Source of the DNA: an uncultured Algibacter sp.
GTDB taxonomy: Bacteria; Bacteroidota; Bacteroidia; Flavobacteriales; Flavobacteriaceae
Reading direction: 5' to 3'
Assembly: GCA_963976905.1 (NCBI GenBank)
Contig: CAXBNH010000001.1
Location: 1 to 33,643 of the forward strand
Length of the DNA: 33,643 bases
A program made the position numbers and the translations under genes. Positions within the stretch are counted from its first letter, which is position 1; each line of letters opens with the position of its first letter. Positions 8,317-17,354 of this stretch are shown one piece after another. The notes beneath the pieces were generated by a model. That model had not been told where the DNA came from. It worked only from the letters and a program-made list of their open reading frames with translations, and searched no databases.

Positions 8317-8830
8317 TACTGGAACAGTTGCTACCAGTTGATTTGTTATTGGAAGCCATTAATTAGCTTGGTTGTTATCTTTATAATTAATGGGTAAAAA
8401 TAAGTTTATATTAAGTTTTTTTTTAAAGAAATTTTATTGGCATTTTTCCGGTTGATAAATTATGACAAATCTTTTTCTATATAAGCTGTTATATATTGTG
8501 ATGTATGTTTTTGAGTGCACTATACAATTATAGTCATTTAGCAGATTGAATTTATACTTTATCAACTTCCATTTTTATCATCAGTTTTAATTATAACAAT
8601 AGTATTTCCTTTTTTTATGATATCACATGGTGAATTTTTATAAAAAAAGAAATCCTAAAGCAGTTCGCAATATAAGTATTAGTGAAGAGACCTTCTAAAA
8701 TAAAATAGGTAGAAGAGGCTTTCTAGTTAAAAAACTTGTGACGAATTAATTTTTAACAGTGTATAATTCTTTGGAAGACACCTCTCCCAACGAATTATAC
8801 TAAAAAGGATGAAAATAACTTAGATTTTTC

Positions 8831-8838
8831 TATTTTTG
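8831..8838 (+). promoter_or_regulatory. Candidate -7 promoter element for the carbamoyltransferase operon
   Basis: TATTTTTG matches TAnnTTTG about 100 nt upstream of GTG 8941. The AT-rich context makes a chance match possible. Confidence 0.35.
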
Positions 8839-8940
8839 GCTAGGTCGAAAATTGAAAGGAAACCAATTGTTAAATACTTTAAATTAACAATGCTTCTATT
8901 TTTAATTTATTGATTTTTTAACTTATCTAAAATTATATTA

Positions 8941-10698
8941 GTGAATACATATATATTAGGGATTTCTGCATTTTATCATGATTCAGCCGCATGTTTAATA
9001 AAAAATGGTAAATTACTTTCTGCAGCACAAGAAGAACGATTTTCTAGAATTAAACACGATAAGTCTTTTCCTAATAAAACAATTGAATTTTGTTTAAAGT
9101 CCAATAATCTTTTAATTTCAGATATTGATTTAATTGTTTTTTATGAAAAGCCATTTATTAAGTTTGATCGTATTATCAATACACTAATAAATCAAGCCCC
9201 ATTTACATTCGATTTGTTTAGAAAAACATTAATGTCTTGGTTAAAGAATAAGTTATGGGTCTCAAGTATTATTAAAGACGAGTTAAATTATACTGGAGAG
9301 ATTGTTTATAGCGAACATCATGAAGCACATGCAGCTGGTAGTTTTTTTACATCTCCTTTTTCAGAAGCTGTAATTGTTACTATTGATGGTGTAGGAGAAA
9401 AAGCGTGTACATCAATTTCAATAGGAAAAGATAATAAAGTAGAAATTATTAAAGAACAACATTATCCCCACTCAATAGGGTTGTTGTATTCTGCATTTAC
9501 CCAATATTGTGGTTTTAAAGTTAATTCTGGCGAGTATAAATTAATGGGCTTAGCACCTTACGGAAAGCCTATATATAAGCAACTCATATTAGATAATATT
9601 GTTAGTTATGATAACTCAGGTTTAGTTAATTTAAATTTGACTTATTTTTCTTTTGAAAAAGGAAAATCTACAATAAACTCAAAGTTTTGTGAAATTTTTG
9701 GAAAGAAACAAAGAAAGTTAGATGACAAAATGGAGGACTTTTATTGTGACATTGCTTGTTCTATTCAGGCTGTAATTGAAGATATTATCTACCAAATATT
9801 AATTCATGCTAAAGAATTAACAGGCTTAAACAATCTATGTCTTTCTGGCGGTGTTGCTTTAAATTGTAAGGCAAATGGAGAACTTTTAGAGAAAAACATA
9901 TTCAATAACATATGGGTTCAGCCAGCATCTGGAGATTCTGGGTGTTCTCTCGGTGCGGCATATATTGGATGGAATCATCATTTAAAAAATGATAGAATAT
10001 ATTTAAAAGATTCTTTAAATGACCAAGCCTATTTAGGATCTTCATATAATAATGAGGCCATAGAAAAGTTTTTAAAAGTCTATAATCTAGCTTATGAGAA
10101 ATTAGATAATGTTTCGCTTTGTGATATGGTTTCTTCAGCTTTACAGCAAAGACAAATTGTTGGCTGGTTTCAAGATGAAATGGAATTTGGCCCAAGAGCT
10201 TTAGGACATAGAAGTATATTGGCAAGCCCTTTATTTGAAGACATGAAGAAACATGTTAATTTAAATATTAAATTTAGGGAAGGTTTTAGGCCATTTGCCC
10301 CCATAGTACTTGAAGAAGACTGTAACGACTGGTTTGATATGAAACAGATTCTTTCAAAATACATGTTGTTTACAGTTAAGAGTGATAAGAAAAACACAAT
10401 TCCATCATGTATTCATGAAGATAATACTGCAAGAGTTCAAACTCTAAACAAGCAAGAAAATCCTTTGTTACATGAATTAATTACTAACTTTAAATCAAAA
10501 ACAAATTGTCCTGTTTTAATTAATACGTCCTTTAATGTAAGGGGAGAACCTATTGTTGAATTACCATTAGATGCTTTAAGATGTTTCTTTCAAACAAAAA
10601 TGAATCTATTGGTTTTAGGGAATTTTGTTTTAACAAAATCAGATAATTTGAAAGTAGATGAACGTTTAACCGTAAATCAGAATTATGAATTGGATTAA
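8941..10698 (+). CDS. O-carbamoyltransferase, CmcH/NodU family (SxtI-like)
   Basis: 585 aa with ILGISAFYHDSAA, AAQEERFSR, EHHEAHAA, TIDGVGE, SGEYKLMGLAPYG, GGVALNC, EFGPRALGHRS, KFREGFRPFAP and INTSFNVRGEPIV. Confidence 0.96.
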   Translation: MNTYILGISAFYHDSAACLIKNGKLLSAAQEERFSRIKHDKSFPNKTIEFCLKSNNLLISDIDLIVFYEKPFIKFDRIINTLINQAPFTFDLFRKTLMSWLKNKLWVSSIIKDELNYTGEIVYSEHHEAHAAGSFFTSPFSEAVIVTIDGVGEKACTSISIGKDNKVEIIKEQHYPHSIGLLYSAFTQYCGFKVNSGEYKLMGLAPYGKPIYKQLILDNIVSYDNSGLVNLNLTYFSFEKGKSTINSKFCEIFGKKQRKLDDKMEDFYCDIACSIQAVIEDIIYQILIHAKELTGLNNLCLSGGVALNCKANGELLEKNIFNNIWVQPASGDSGCSLGAAYIGWNHHLKNDRIYLKDSLNDQAYLGSSYNNEAIEKFLKVYNLAYEKLDNVSLCDMVSSALQQRQIVGWFQDEMEFGPRALGHRSILASPLFEDMKKHVNLNIKFREGFRPFAPIVLEEDCNDWFDMKQILSKYMLFTVKSDKKNTIPSCIHEDNTARVQTLNKQENPLLHELITNFKSKTNCPVLINTSFNVRGEPIVELPLDALRCFFQTKMNLLVLGNFVLTKSDNLKVDERLTVNQNYELD

Positions 10699-11095
10699 AA
10701 CAATTTTGGAAAAGGTTTTGGAAACTAGTAGATTGCCAAAAAAGCAAAAAGAGTTTGGATATTTATTGTCAATCGTATTTTTTATTACTTTAGGTTTATC
10801 AATTTATAAAAATGGATTCTTATTAAATCCAGTCCAAATTTTTATTATTGTAGGTTTAATATTAATTTTACTTATTACTTTTACAGTAGAATCCATTTTA
10901 TTGCCTTTTTTGATTTTATGGCTTTTAATAGGTGAATTTCTAGGGTTTATCACAAGCTTTTTAATAATGGCAGTTGTTTATTTCATGCTTTTTTCACCTA
11001 TATCTCTTATTTTGAAATTGTTCAGAAAAGAAAAAACATACAAGGCTGAATGGAAAATGGTTACTAGAAAAATAGATTATAAAAAACTAAGTTAA
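10685..11095 (+). CDS. SxtJ-like small membrane protein
   Basis: 136 aa with KEFG followed by 3-4 hydrophobic segments and a W..IGE.LG...S..I..VVYF..FSP pattern. Lies directly after the carbamoyltransferase. Confidence 0.8.
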   Translation: MNWIKTILEKVLETSRLPKKQKEFGYLLSIVFFITLGLSIYKNGFLLNPVQIFIIVGLILILLITFTVESILLPFLILWLLIGEFLGFITSFLIMAVVYFMLFSPISLILKLFRKEKTYKAEWKMVTRKIDYKKLS

Positions 11096-11101
11096 TAAAT
11101 T

Positions 11102-11260
11102 ATGAGTAAGTACGAAACGCTAAAGCAGTTAGGTTCTTTTTTACTAGAACAAAAAAAATTTTGGTTAATACCAATTATAATTGTTTTAGTCCTTTTAATG
11201 TTTTTAGTTCTTTTTGCAGAGAATTCAGTTATAGCACCATTTGTTTACACACTATTTTAA
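11102..11260 (+). CDS. DUF5989 / SxtK-like 52-aa single-pass membrane peptide (missed by the ORF track)
   Basis: Manual translation MSKYETLKQLGSFLLEQKKFWLIPIIIVLVLLMFLVLFAENSVIAPFVYTLF*, with the KKxWLxP...APFxYTLF family signature. It fills the gap between the SxtJ-like and SGNH genes. Confidence 0.9.
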   Translation: MSKYETLKQLGSFLLEQKKFWLIPIIIVLVLLMFLVLFAENSVIAPFVYTLF

Positions 11261-11269
11261 TTAAATTAA

Positions 11270-12271
11270 ATGCTGTTTTTAAACAAAATTTGCAAATTAA
11301 CAATCAAGACGATAATTATAGTTTTTTTGACGTTATGTCTATTTGAAATGTGTTACAGATATAATGTAATAGATTTTTATAGAGCCCAGAGTCAAGGTTT
11401 AAATACAAAAAAAGACCTTGAAGATAGAAATGTAGATTTAATGGTATTTGGTGATTCATTTTCTGCGACATCCAAAGAGATTAATTATGTGGATATGCTG
11501 CGTAAGAACGAAACAGATTTTTCAATTTTAAACTTTAGTGTGCCAGGGTTTGGCATTAGACAAATAAATACATTTGCAAAAAAAAAAATAAAAAAACATA
11601 AACCTAAGGCAATATTATATCAAGTATATGTTGGAAATGATTTGATAGATGTCAATCACTTGTGGAATTTAAAAGAATTTTCCTTTGCCAGAAACTTATA
11701 TTGGGAAGCTTCAGATTATTTTTTAAGTTTAGGCTATTTGAATCAACGATTATCCGTTCTTAATGTAAAGAAAGAAATTAGGCTTCCAGGAATGTTAAAG
11801 AAAGAATTTGATGGCGATTTGTATGATACTCGTACCAAACGTTTTTTAAAAAACGATACTTATTATTTAGACAATACATTACTATTAAACGGAGATTTTA
11901 AAAAGCGTTATCTGTCTTGGTTAATTCATATGGAATCTTTTTTAGATATTGTCCCTAAAGATGTACCAGTATACATACTATGGATTCCTCATCAAGCACA
12001 AGTCAACGATTATTATTATGCAAACATCAAAAAACTAGGTGCCATGTTTCAAAATAAGGCTGCCATTCAACAACAAGATTATCCTCTTTTTAGTAAAGCA
12101 AAAAAAGATTTAAGTACTTATAAAAATGTTAAACATTTAAATCCTTTAACCTTTTTTCGAGATAAAGATACTTTAAATTCAAGATTGTATTTTGTAAATG
12201 ACCCACATATTAATTTGACTGGAAACATAATTTTAAGTACATATTTACAAAATGTAATATCATTCAATTAA
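11270..12271 (+). CDS. Membrane-anchored SGNH/GDSL-family protein (AlgJ/AlgX-like)
   Basis: N-terminal TM segment. Blocks FGDSFS, NFSVPGFG, YVGNDL and DPH. Confidence 0.85.
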   Translation: MLFLNKICKLTIKTIIIVFLTLCLFEMCYRYNVIDFYRAQSQGLNTKKDLEDRNVDLMVFGDSFSATSKEINYVDMLRKNETDFSILNFSVPGFGIRQINTFAKKKIKKHKPKAILYQVYVGNDLIDVNHLWNLKEFSFARNLYWEASDYFLSLGYLNQRLSVLNVKKEIRLPGMLKKEFDGDLYDTRTKRFLKNDTYYLDNTLLLNGDFKKRYLSWLIHMESFLDIVPKDVPVYILWIPHQAQVNDYYYANIKKLGAMFQNKAAIQQQDYPLFSKAKKDLSTYKNVKHLNPLTFFRDKDTLNSRLYFVNDPHINLTGNIILSTYLQNVISFN

Positions 12272-13440
12272 TTTTCTTTTAATTCTTCTGTAGTTTCTAT
12301 TGTTTTTGTCCTTAAAACAGATTTCAAATAGGTAAACATTTTTTTAGCAACTAATTGATTTCCCGGTTCGCCAGTATGGCAGAAATCTACATAAATAGTT
12401 TTTTCTTCAGCGTCAAACACATCACTAATATCAATAAAGGTACTGTCACGAATCATTAATGAATCTTTCCTAACAGATGAGTAAGATAAGCTGTATAGAT
12501 TTTTATAGTACTCATAGTCTTTATAATATCCTTTTTCAGTTTCTGTCAAATTCTTTTTCGAATAAATATTTGGTTGCATAAAATTAAAGACTTTAAACCC
12601 ATATTCATTCTCTAGACTTTTTGAAATTTTCACGAAGCCAATATAATTTTCTGCAATAGACATTGCTAATTTATCCGATCGTTTACCTAATTGTTTGTAC
12701 GGTGAATTTGTAAAAATTTTTAGTGCTACGGAAGTAGCAAATCGATACAAATTACTTGACTCTACTACTAGTTTAATACGTTTTTTATAATCATGCGCTA
12801 TTTTAAATTCATTTTTTCTATTATAAGCATTGGTTGGTGTTCCAGCTTCATTGTTTTGATGTGCAGATATGACTTCGTTTACCCCATCGTAAAAAACCAC
12901 AATGTCTGGAATGTTATTTTTAATTAACTCTCGCTGAAACTGAATATTCTCTGTAGCACGCGTATAGCCATGACAACCAAAATTGGTAATTTCTACATTT
13001 TGATTAGGAAATGAGGACTCAATCAATTTGGATAATTCTGAAGGAATAGTATATTCGTCCCGTGCACCTGAACTATACATAGTAGAACCTCCAAAACAAA
13101 ATATTTTCAAGGCAGTTGTAGAATCTTTTAAACTAAGATTTAATGTTTTTCGGGTTCCGTTTCCGTAAATCGTATTATGTTTGCCATTCATCGGTTTGAA
13201 GCGATAATGTAAATATGGCTCCCATAACATGTCTTGTTGACGAAGTTCTCTATAAATTTCTTTGACTGTTGTGTCATCCAAATTACCAAATGCTCCAGAG
13301 GAAATTAGGCGTTCAGTATTTGTGTCAATACCACTTTCGTCATTATAATTATAAAAAACACCCAAACAAATTTCTAGCAAAAGAAAAAGGATTAAAATAT
13401 TTCTAAATAAAATGGAAACGAATTTAAGTTTGCTTTTCAC
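12268..13440 (-). CDS. Membrane-anchored SGNH-family protein (GGST block-I variant)
   Basis: N-terminal TM segment. Blocks FGGSTM, NFGCHGY, DGVNE and DFCH. Confidence 0.85.
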   Translation of the reverse strand: MKSKLKFVSILFRNILILFLLLEICLGVFYNYNDESGIDTNTERLISSGAFGNLDDTTVKEIYRELRQQDMLWEPYLHYRFKPMNGKHNTIYGNGTRKTLNLSLKDSTTALKIFCFGGSTMYSSGARDEYTIPSELSKLIESSFPNQNVEITNFGCHGYTRATENIQFQRELIKNNIPDIVVFYDGVNEVISAHQNNEAGTPTNAYNRKNEFKIAHDYKKRIKLVVESSNLYRFATSVALKIFTNSPYKQLGKRSDKLAMSIAENYIGFVKISKSLENEYGFKVFNFMQPNIYSKKNLTETEKGYYKDYEYYKNLYSLSYSSVRKDSLMIRDSTFIDISDVFDAEEKTIYVDFCHTGEPGNQLVAKKMFTYLKSVLRTKTIETTEELKEN

Positions 13441-13452
13441 GAATAAAACAGT

Positions 13453-14418
13453 TTATAAAATGTATTTTAACTTGGTGTTTAGCTTAATTAAAAGATAACT
13501 TGCTGCCAAGGATAGTATAATCGTTACAAAAGTTAACATTGTTATTGACAAAGCAACTACATTGAAAATTAAAAATATAATTAGCGGATGCACTAAATAA
13601 ATAGCGATTGAATATTTCGATAACAATTCACTATTTAGGTTTGATGTAATTTTGAATTTAAATGCGCTAATCAGCAATACGGGACCTAACAACAAAAATG
13701 AAAGATTCATGTTGAGAATGACATTGCCTGTTAAACAATAAAAGCTAATCAAACTGTCTAAAACTAATAATAAAAGACTTGAAATCAATAAGATGAAAAC
13801 CCTTCGTTTGCTTAGTTTTGTGTGAAAGTTAGTGCGTTTTATTATATAGCCTATACTTACAAATGGTAAGGCGTACAACAAAAAATTTCGGTGCAACGGC
13901 GGATAATTCAACAACTTATCTAACATTGGTTGTTGGAGAAAAACATGAAGTTTTCCTAAATATTGAAATGTAATTCCAATGAAATAAAATACAATTGCAC
14001 TTATCAGTAAGACTTTGTTAGAAATATTTCTCAGTTGATGCAAGATCAACCCGGCAAATAAAAGCGCAATTAAATACCATAAATGATTGAATCCAAATAG
14101 CAATATTGGAATCGTTTTTATAGGATTGAAATTATTCAAATACACCCAAAAATAACTGTAAATCAACATCCAAACGAAATAAAGAATAAATACGCGTTTT
14201 GCCCAAACTTTAATTTGATTTCGTTGAAAAACATTATATAAGAAGAAACCGTTTACACAGAAAAAAAGAGGAATAGCAGCTTTAAAAATTCCGTTTCCAA
14301 AAATTTGATATACAATCTCTTTCTGATCAGACAAAAAACGACAATGTAGTGCTATGACAAATATCGCAACAATTATTTTTAAAATGTCTAACAGTATATT
14401 TCGCGAATTTTTTTGCAA
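13453..14418 (-). CDS. Acyltransferase-3 (AT3) family integral membrane O-acyltransferase
   Basis: 321 aa polytopic protein with RN..LDILK....VIALH, AIPLFF...GFF, HLWYL and SIAIYLVHP. TTG start. Confidence 0.9.
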   Translation of the reverse strand: MQKNSRNILLDILKIIVAIFVIALHCRFLSDQKEIVYQIFGNGIFKAAIPLFFCVNGFFLYNVFQRNQIKVWAKRVFILYFVWMLIYSYFWVYLNNFNPIKTIPILLFGFNHLWYLIALLFAGLILHQLRNISNKVLLISAIVFYFIGITFQYLGKLHVFLQQPMLDKLLNYPPLHRNFLLYALPFVSIGYIIKRTNFHTKLSKRRVFILLISSLLLLVLDSLISFYCLTGNVILNMNLSFLLLGPVLLISAFKFKITSNLNSELLSKYSIAIYLVHPLIIFLIFNVVALSITMLTFVTIILSLAASYLLIKLNTKLKYIL

Positions 14419-14423
14419 TTCGG

Positions 14424-15080
14424 TTATGATTTTTGAATGGTAAAGATATAATTTTTCTCCTTTACAACGCTTTTTTGGAGTATCAATTCAAAGAAAAGTC
14501 CATTTTCTGAAGCAAGTTGCTTAATGCGTTCTATTTCGCAATCTTCTGATAAAATCATCCAAGTATTTGGTGCAATATGTTGTGGAAGTTGTGCAAATAA
14601 TTTTTCAAAATACTCAAAATTTTCTCCACAAAACCAAGCACGTTCTTTATCATTTTGCGGCGTCTTTGGATAATATGGCGGATTTATAATAATATATTCA
14701 AAAGTTTCATCGGATAAGTTTTCAAACAAATCAGAATAGATAACAGTTACATCAATTTCATTTTTAAAGGAAGCTTCTTTCAACCCATCAATCGCAACTT
14801 TATTTATATCAGAAGCTGTCACTTTTGCTCCTTTAGAAGCCGCAAACAGTGAAATAATTCCAGAACCGCAACCAAGCTCCAAAAATGTTTTAGCTTTGAG
14901 ATTAAGCGGTTCTATATATTCTAATATAATTTTTGTGCTAATGGTAAAATGGGGAGGAAATACTTCAGAGTTTATCGGAACTTCTATGCCTTCATATGTA
15001 TAATTTCGTTGTTTTAAATGATACGTGTCAAAGACCAATTTTGCAATTGGAAATATATTTTTTTTAATTTTCTTAAACAT
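14424..15080 (-). CDS. Class I SAM methyltransferase with NPPY motif (HemK/MTS-like)
   Basis: Motif I LELGCGSG, ASDIN, SDLF and motif IV INPPY. Confidence 0.88.
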   Translation of the reverse strand: MFKKIKKNIFPIAKLVFDTYHLKQRNYTYEGIEVPINSEVFPPHFTISTKIILEYIEPLNLKAKTFLELGCGSGIISLFAASKGAKVTASDINKVAIDGLKEASFKNEIDVTVIYSDLFENLSDETFEYIIINPPYYPKTPQNDKERAWFCGENFEYFEKLFAQLPQHIAPNTWMILSEDCEIERIKQLASENGLFFELILQKSVVKEKNYIFTIQKS

Positions 15081-15088
15081 GTTTCTAA

Positions 15089-15367
15089 AAATTATTCAAA
15101 TATACCCAAAAATAACAGTAAATCAGCACCAAAACGAGATACAGGCAGAACCAATACGCGTTTTACCCAAACTTTAATTTCGTTGAAAAACATTACATTA
15201 AAATAAACCGTTGGCACAGAAAAAAGAGGAACTGCAACTTTAAAAATTTCGTTCCCAAAAATATGATACACAATCTCATTTTAATCGGGCAAAAAACGAC
15301 AATGCAAAGCTATGACGAATATCGCCACAATTATTTAAAAAATATCTAACAGAATATTCCGTTGCAT
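15089..15367 (-). pseudogene. Decayed 5' copy (~90 codons) of the AT3 acyltransferase gene
   Basis: Colinear with 14129-~14405 (e.g. AATTATTCAAATAyACCCAAAAATAAC, AATACGCGTTTT, CCCAAACTTTAATTT, CAAAAAACGACAATG). Begins ATG CAA CGG AAT ATT CTG TTA GAT ATT TTT TAA (MQRNILLDIF*) and contains indels. Confidence 0.88.
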
Positions 15368-15372
15368 ACACG

Positions 15373-16143
15373 TTATTTTTTTCTCAGTAGAAAACCACAA
15401 ACAATCTTTTTTCCAACAATAGCATCATACTGTTGCTGCAAATTCATTTTTGTCAACAATGGGAAGCACAAAGAATCAATTTCTTTTTCTGAAAACGAGA
15501 TGACTTCCCAAGATAACGTTGCAAATCTCTTTTTAAGATATACAACGTTGTGTTCATAATGTTCAATAATATGTAGGTTTTCATGCGCATCTTTAAAACT
15601 TCGAGCTTCTTTTAAATGACTTAACGAAGGATGAAATAATGTAAGCAGAACAGTTCCATTAAAGGCTAAAACACGATTCCATTCTTGCAAAAAGGCATCG
15701 ATATGTTGTACATGACCAATAGTTAAGGAAGAAAAAAGTACGTCAACACTTTTATCATTAGCAAAGTTAAGCGTGTTTTCAGTAATTAAATGTGTTTCTG
15801 CTTCTGGGAATTTTGCGTTGAATTTTTGTAGCATTCCATCGGAAACATCACATGCGATATATTTTTTAGGTTGTAGCACTTTCAAAGCAGGATAATGTCT
15901 TCCAGTTCCAGCGCCAATATCAAGCACAATTTTGTCTTTTAAGGCAGTATTCTGTAGCATTTCAGCAATTAAAATATCATTATAAAATACCGTCAAGTTT
16001 CCGTTATTTTTTTCATCATCGTATGTGTGAGCCCAAGTATCATATGCAGTAGCAGCATTTTCTCTCTTTGTGTTGGAAAGCTTTATCGCTCTCTTGACGG
16101 TAGCTAAAAGTTGTTTTGCTAACATTTTAAAATTTTGGTTCAA
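15373..16143 (-). CDS. Class I SAM-dependent methyltransferase (Methyltransf_11 / BioC-like)
   Basis: Motifs YDTWAHTYD, VLDIGAGTG, CDVSDGML and EWNRVL...G. The start may be ATG 16125 rather than TTG 16143. Confidence 0.88.
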   Translation of the reverse strand: MNQNFKMLAKQLLATVKRAIKLSNTKRENAATAYDTWAHTYDDEKNNGNLTVFYNDILIAEMLQNTALKDKIVLDIGAGTGRHYPALKVLQPKKYIACDVSDGMLQKFNAKFPEAETHLITENTLNFANDKSVDVLFSSLTIGHVQHIDAFLQEWNRVLAFNGTVLLTLFHPSLSHLKEARSFKDAHENLHIIEHYEHNVVYLKKRFATLSWEVISFSEKEIDSLCFPLLTKMNLQQQYDAIVGKKIVCGFLLRKK

Positions 16144-16192
16144 ATAAAACTAAAAATAGAGTTATAATTTCAATAAAAGCTTATTTTTAAGG

Positions 16193-17350
16193 ATGATTTT
16201 GAATAATATTTATATCCTTGATGTAAATCAAGATTTTAGAAAACAAAATATACAAATTGCTGGAAAAAAAATAAAAGCAATCACGGATTATAATACCACA
16301 AAAGTAGAAAATTCTATCTCTTTTTTAGAAGATGTGATAGCGTTTCCAGGCTTGATCAATTCGCATGAGCATTTAGCGGTCAATTTACATTCCATTCATA
16401 AACGTAGAATTTATGAAGACTATATTGATTGGGCTTCTGACGATTTTCAGGAAACTGTGGACGAAATCAAAAGCATTCCATTCAATTTGCGCTATCAATG
16501 GGGAATTTTAAAAAATGTGCTGCATGGTTTTACCACGGTTGTACAACACGATAATTTTTTGAGCGAAGGCGAAGAAGCACTCATCGATGTTTTTAAAAAC
16601 TTCAAACTTATTCATTCCATTCATTATGATAAAAAGTGGAAAGCAAAAGCGATGTTGCCTTCTTCTCAAAAGAAAATCATTCACCTTAGCGAAGGCACAA
16701 GCACAAAAATGCGAAAAGAAGCTAAAAATCTATTAAAGTGGAGTTTACAACCTAAAAACATTATTATTGTACACGCTATAAATGTCACTGCTGAAGAAGC
16801 AAAACACTTTGGTGGTTTGGTTTGGTGTCCAAATTCAAACCTTCATTTATACAACAAAACAGCGAACGTTTTAGAACTTAAAAAAGTAATCCCGATTGTT
16901 TTTGGAACGGATTCTATCATCAGTTCGGACTGGAATATTTGGAAACATGTACGAGAAGCCAGAGCTTTACAATACTTAACAGACGTTGAATTGTATGAAA
17001 GTTTGACCACAACACCTGCAAGAATATTCAATTTGGAAAACAAAGGTAAAATTGGCAAAGGTGCGCTTGCAGACATCGTAATTGCTAAAAAGAGCCAACA
17101 AACGAAATATGATTCTTTGTACGATTTAAATTCTGAAGATATACTTTTGATTGTAAAATCAGGGAAAATTATCTTTTTTGATGATACCTTGAAAAATCAG
17201 CTTCCGCATGAATTAGAAAGTACTGAATTTGAAAAAATCAAGATCAAAAACACCGTAAAACACATACGTTTTGGCATTAAAAAACTCGTGAGAGACTTGC
17301 AAAAAAGCCTTCCAAATTTTTCACACGAACACATCTTTACGATTGTATAA
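16193..17350 (+). CDS. Metal-dependent amidohydrolase (deaminase-like TIM barrel)
   Basis: PGLINSHEHL (HxH), HLSEG (HxxE), IVHA, WCPNSN, FGTDS and GKIGKGALADIV. Confidence 0.88.
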   Translation: MILNNIYILDVNQDFRKQNIQIAGKKIKAITDYNTTKVENSISFLEDVIAFPGLINSHEHLAVNLHSIHKRRIYEDYIDWASDDFQETVDEIKSIPFNLRYQWGILKNVLHGFTTVVQHDNFLSEGEEALIDVFKNFKLIHSIHYDKKWKAKAMLPSSQKKIIHLSEGTSTKMRKEAKNLLKWSLQPKNIIIVHAINVTAEEAKHFGGLVWCPNSNLHLYNKTANVLELKKVIPIVFGTDSIISSDWNIWKHVREARALQYLTDVELYESLTTTPARIFNLENKGKIGKGALADIVIAKKSQQTKYDSLYDLNSEDILLIVKSGKIIFFDDTLKNQLPHELESTEFEKIKIKNTVKHIRFGIKKLVRDLQKSLPNFSHEHIFTIV

Positions 17351-17354
17351 AAAA

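Noticed and set aside
8605-8652. Long imperfect palindrome (T-run...TCAC-ATG-GTGA...A-run)
   Set aside because: It is made mostly of homopolymer runs in very AT-rich DNA and cannot be distinguished from chance.
8866-8891. ATTGTTAA-N10-TTAACAAT inverted repeat upstream of the carbamoyltransferase
   Set aside because: It is a single AT-rich copy with no cognate regulator in the window, so support is insufficient.
8141-8940. Cobalamin riboswitch or other ncRNA in the 800-bp intergenic region
   Set aside because: Only an isolated GCAACTGT on the minus strand was seen, with no B12-box or supporting stems. An Rfam/Infernal scan would be decisive.
11161-11346. 61-aa ORF from the track
   Set aside because: It is an out-of-frame shadow of the real DUF5989-like ORF (11102-11260) and the SGNH start.
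8941-12271. Saxitoxin biosynthesis cluster
   Set aside because: Only the sxtI/J/K/L-like cassette is present. There are no sxtA, sxtG, sxtB or other core genes, and this cassette is not specific to toxin producers.
14424-15080. Restriction-modification DNA adenine methyltransferase
   Set aside because: It is too short, has no target-recognition domain and no nuclease neighbour, and sits in a biosynthetic operon.
15018-15559. Plus-strand ORFs 15018-15206 and 15362-15559
   Set aside because: They are antisense to the methyltransferase genes and the AT3 pseudogene and carry no recognisable motifs.
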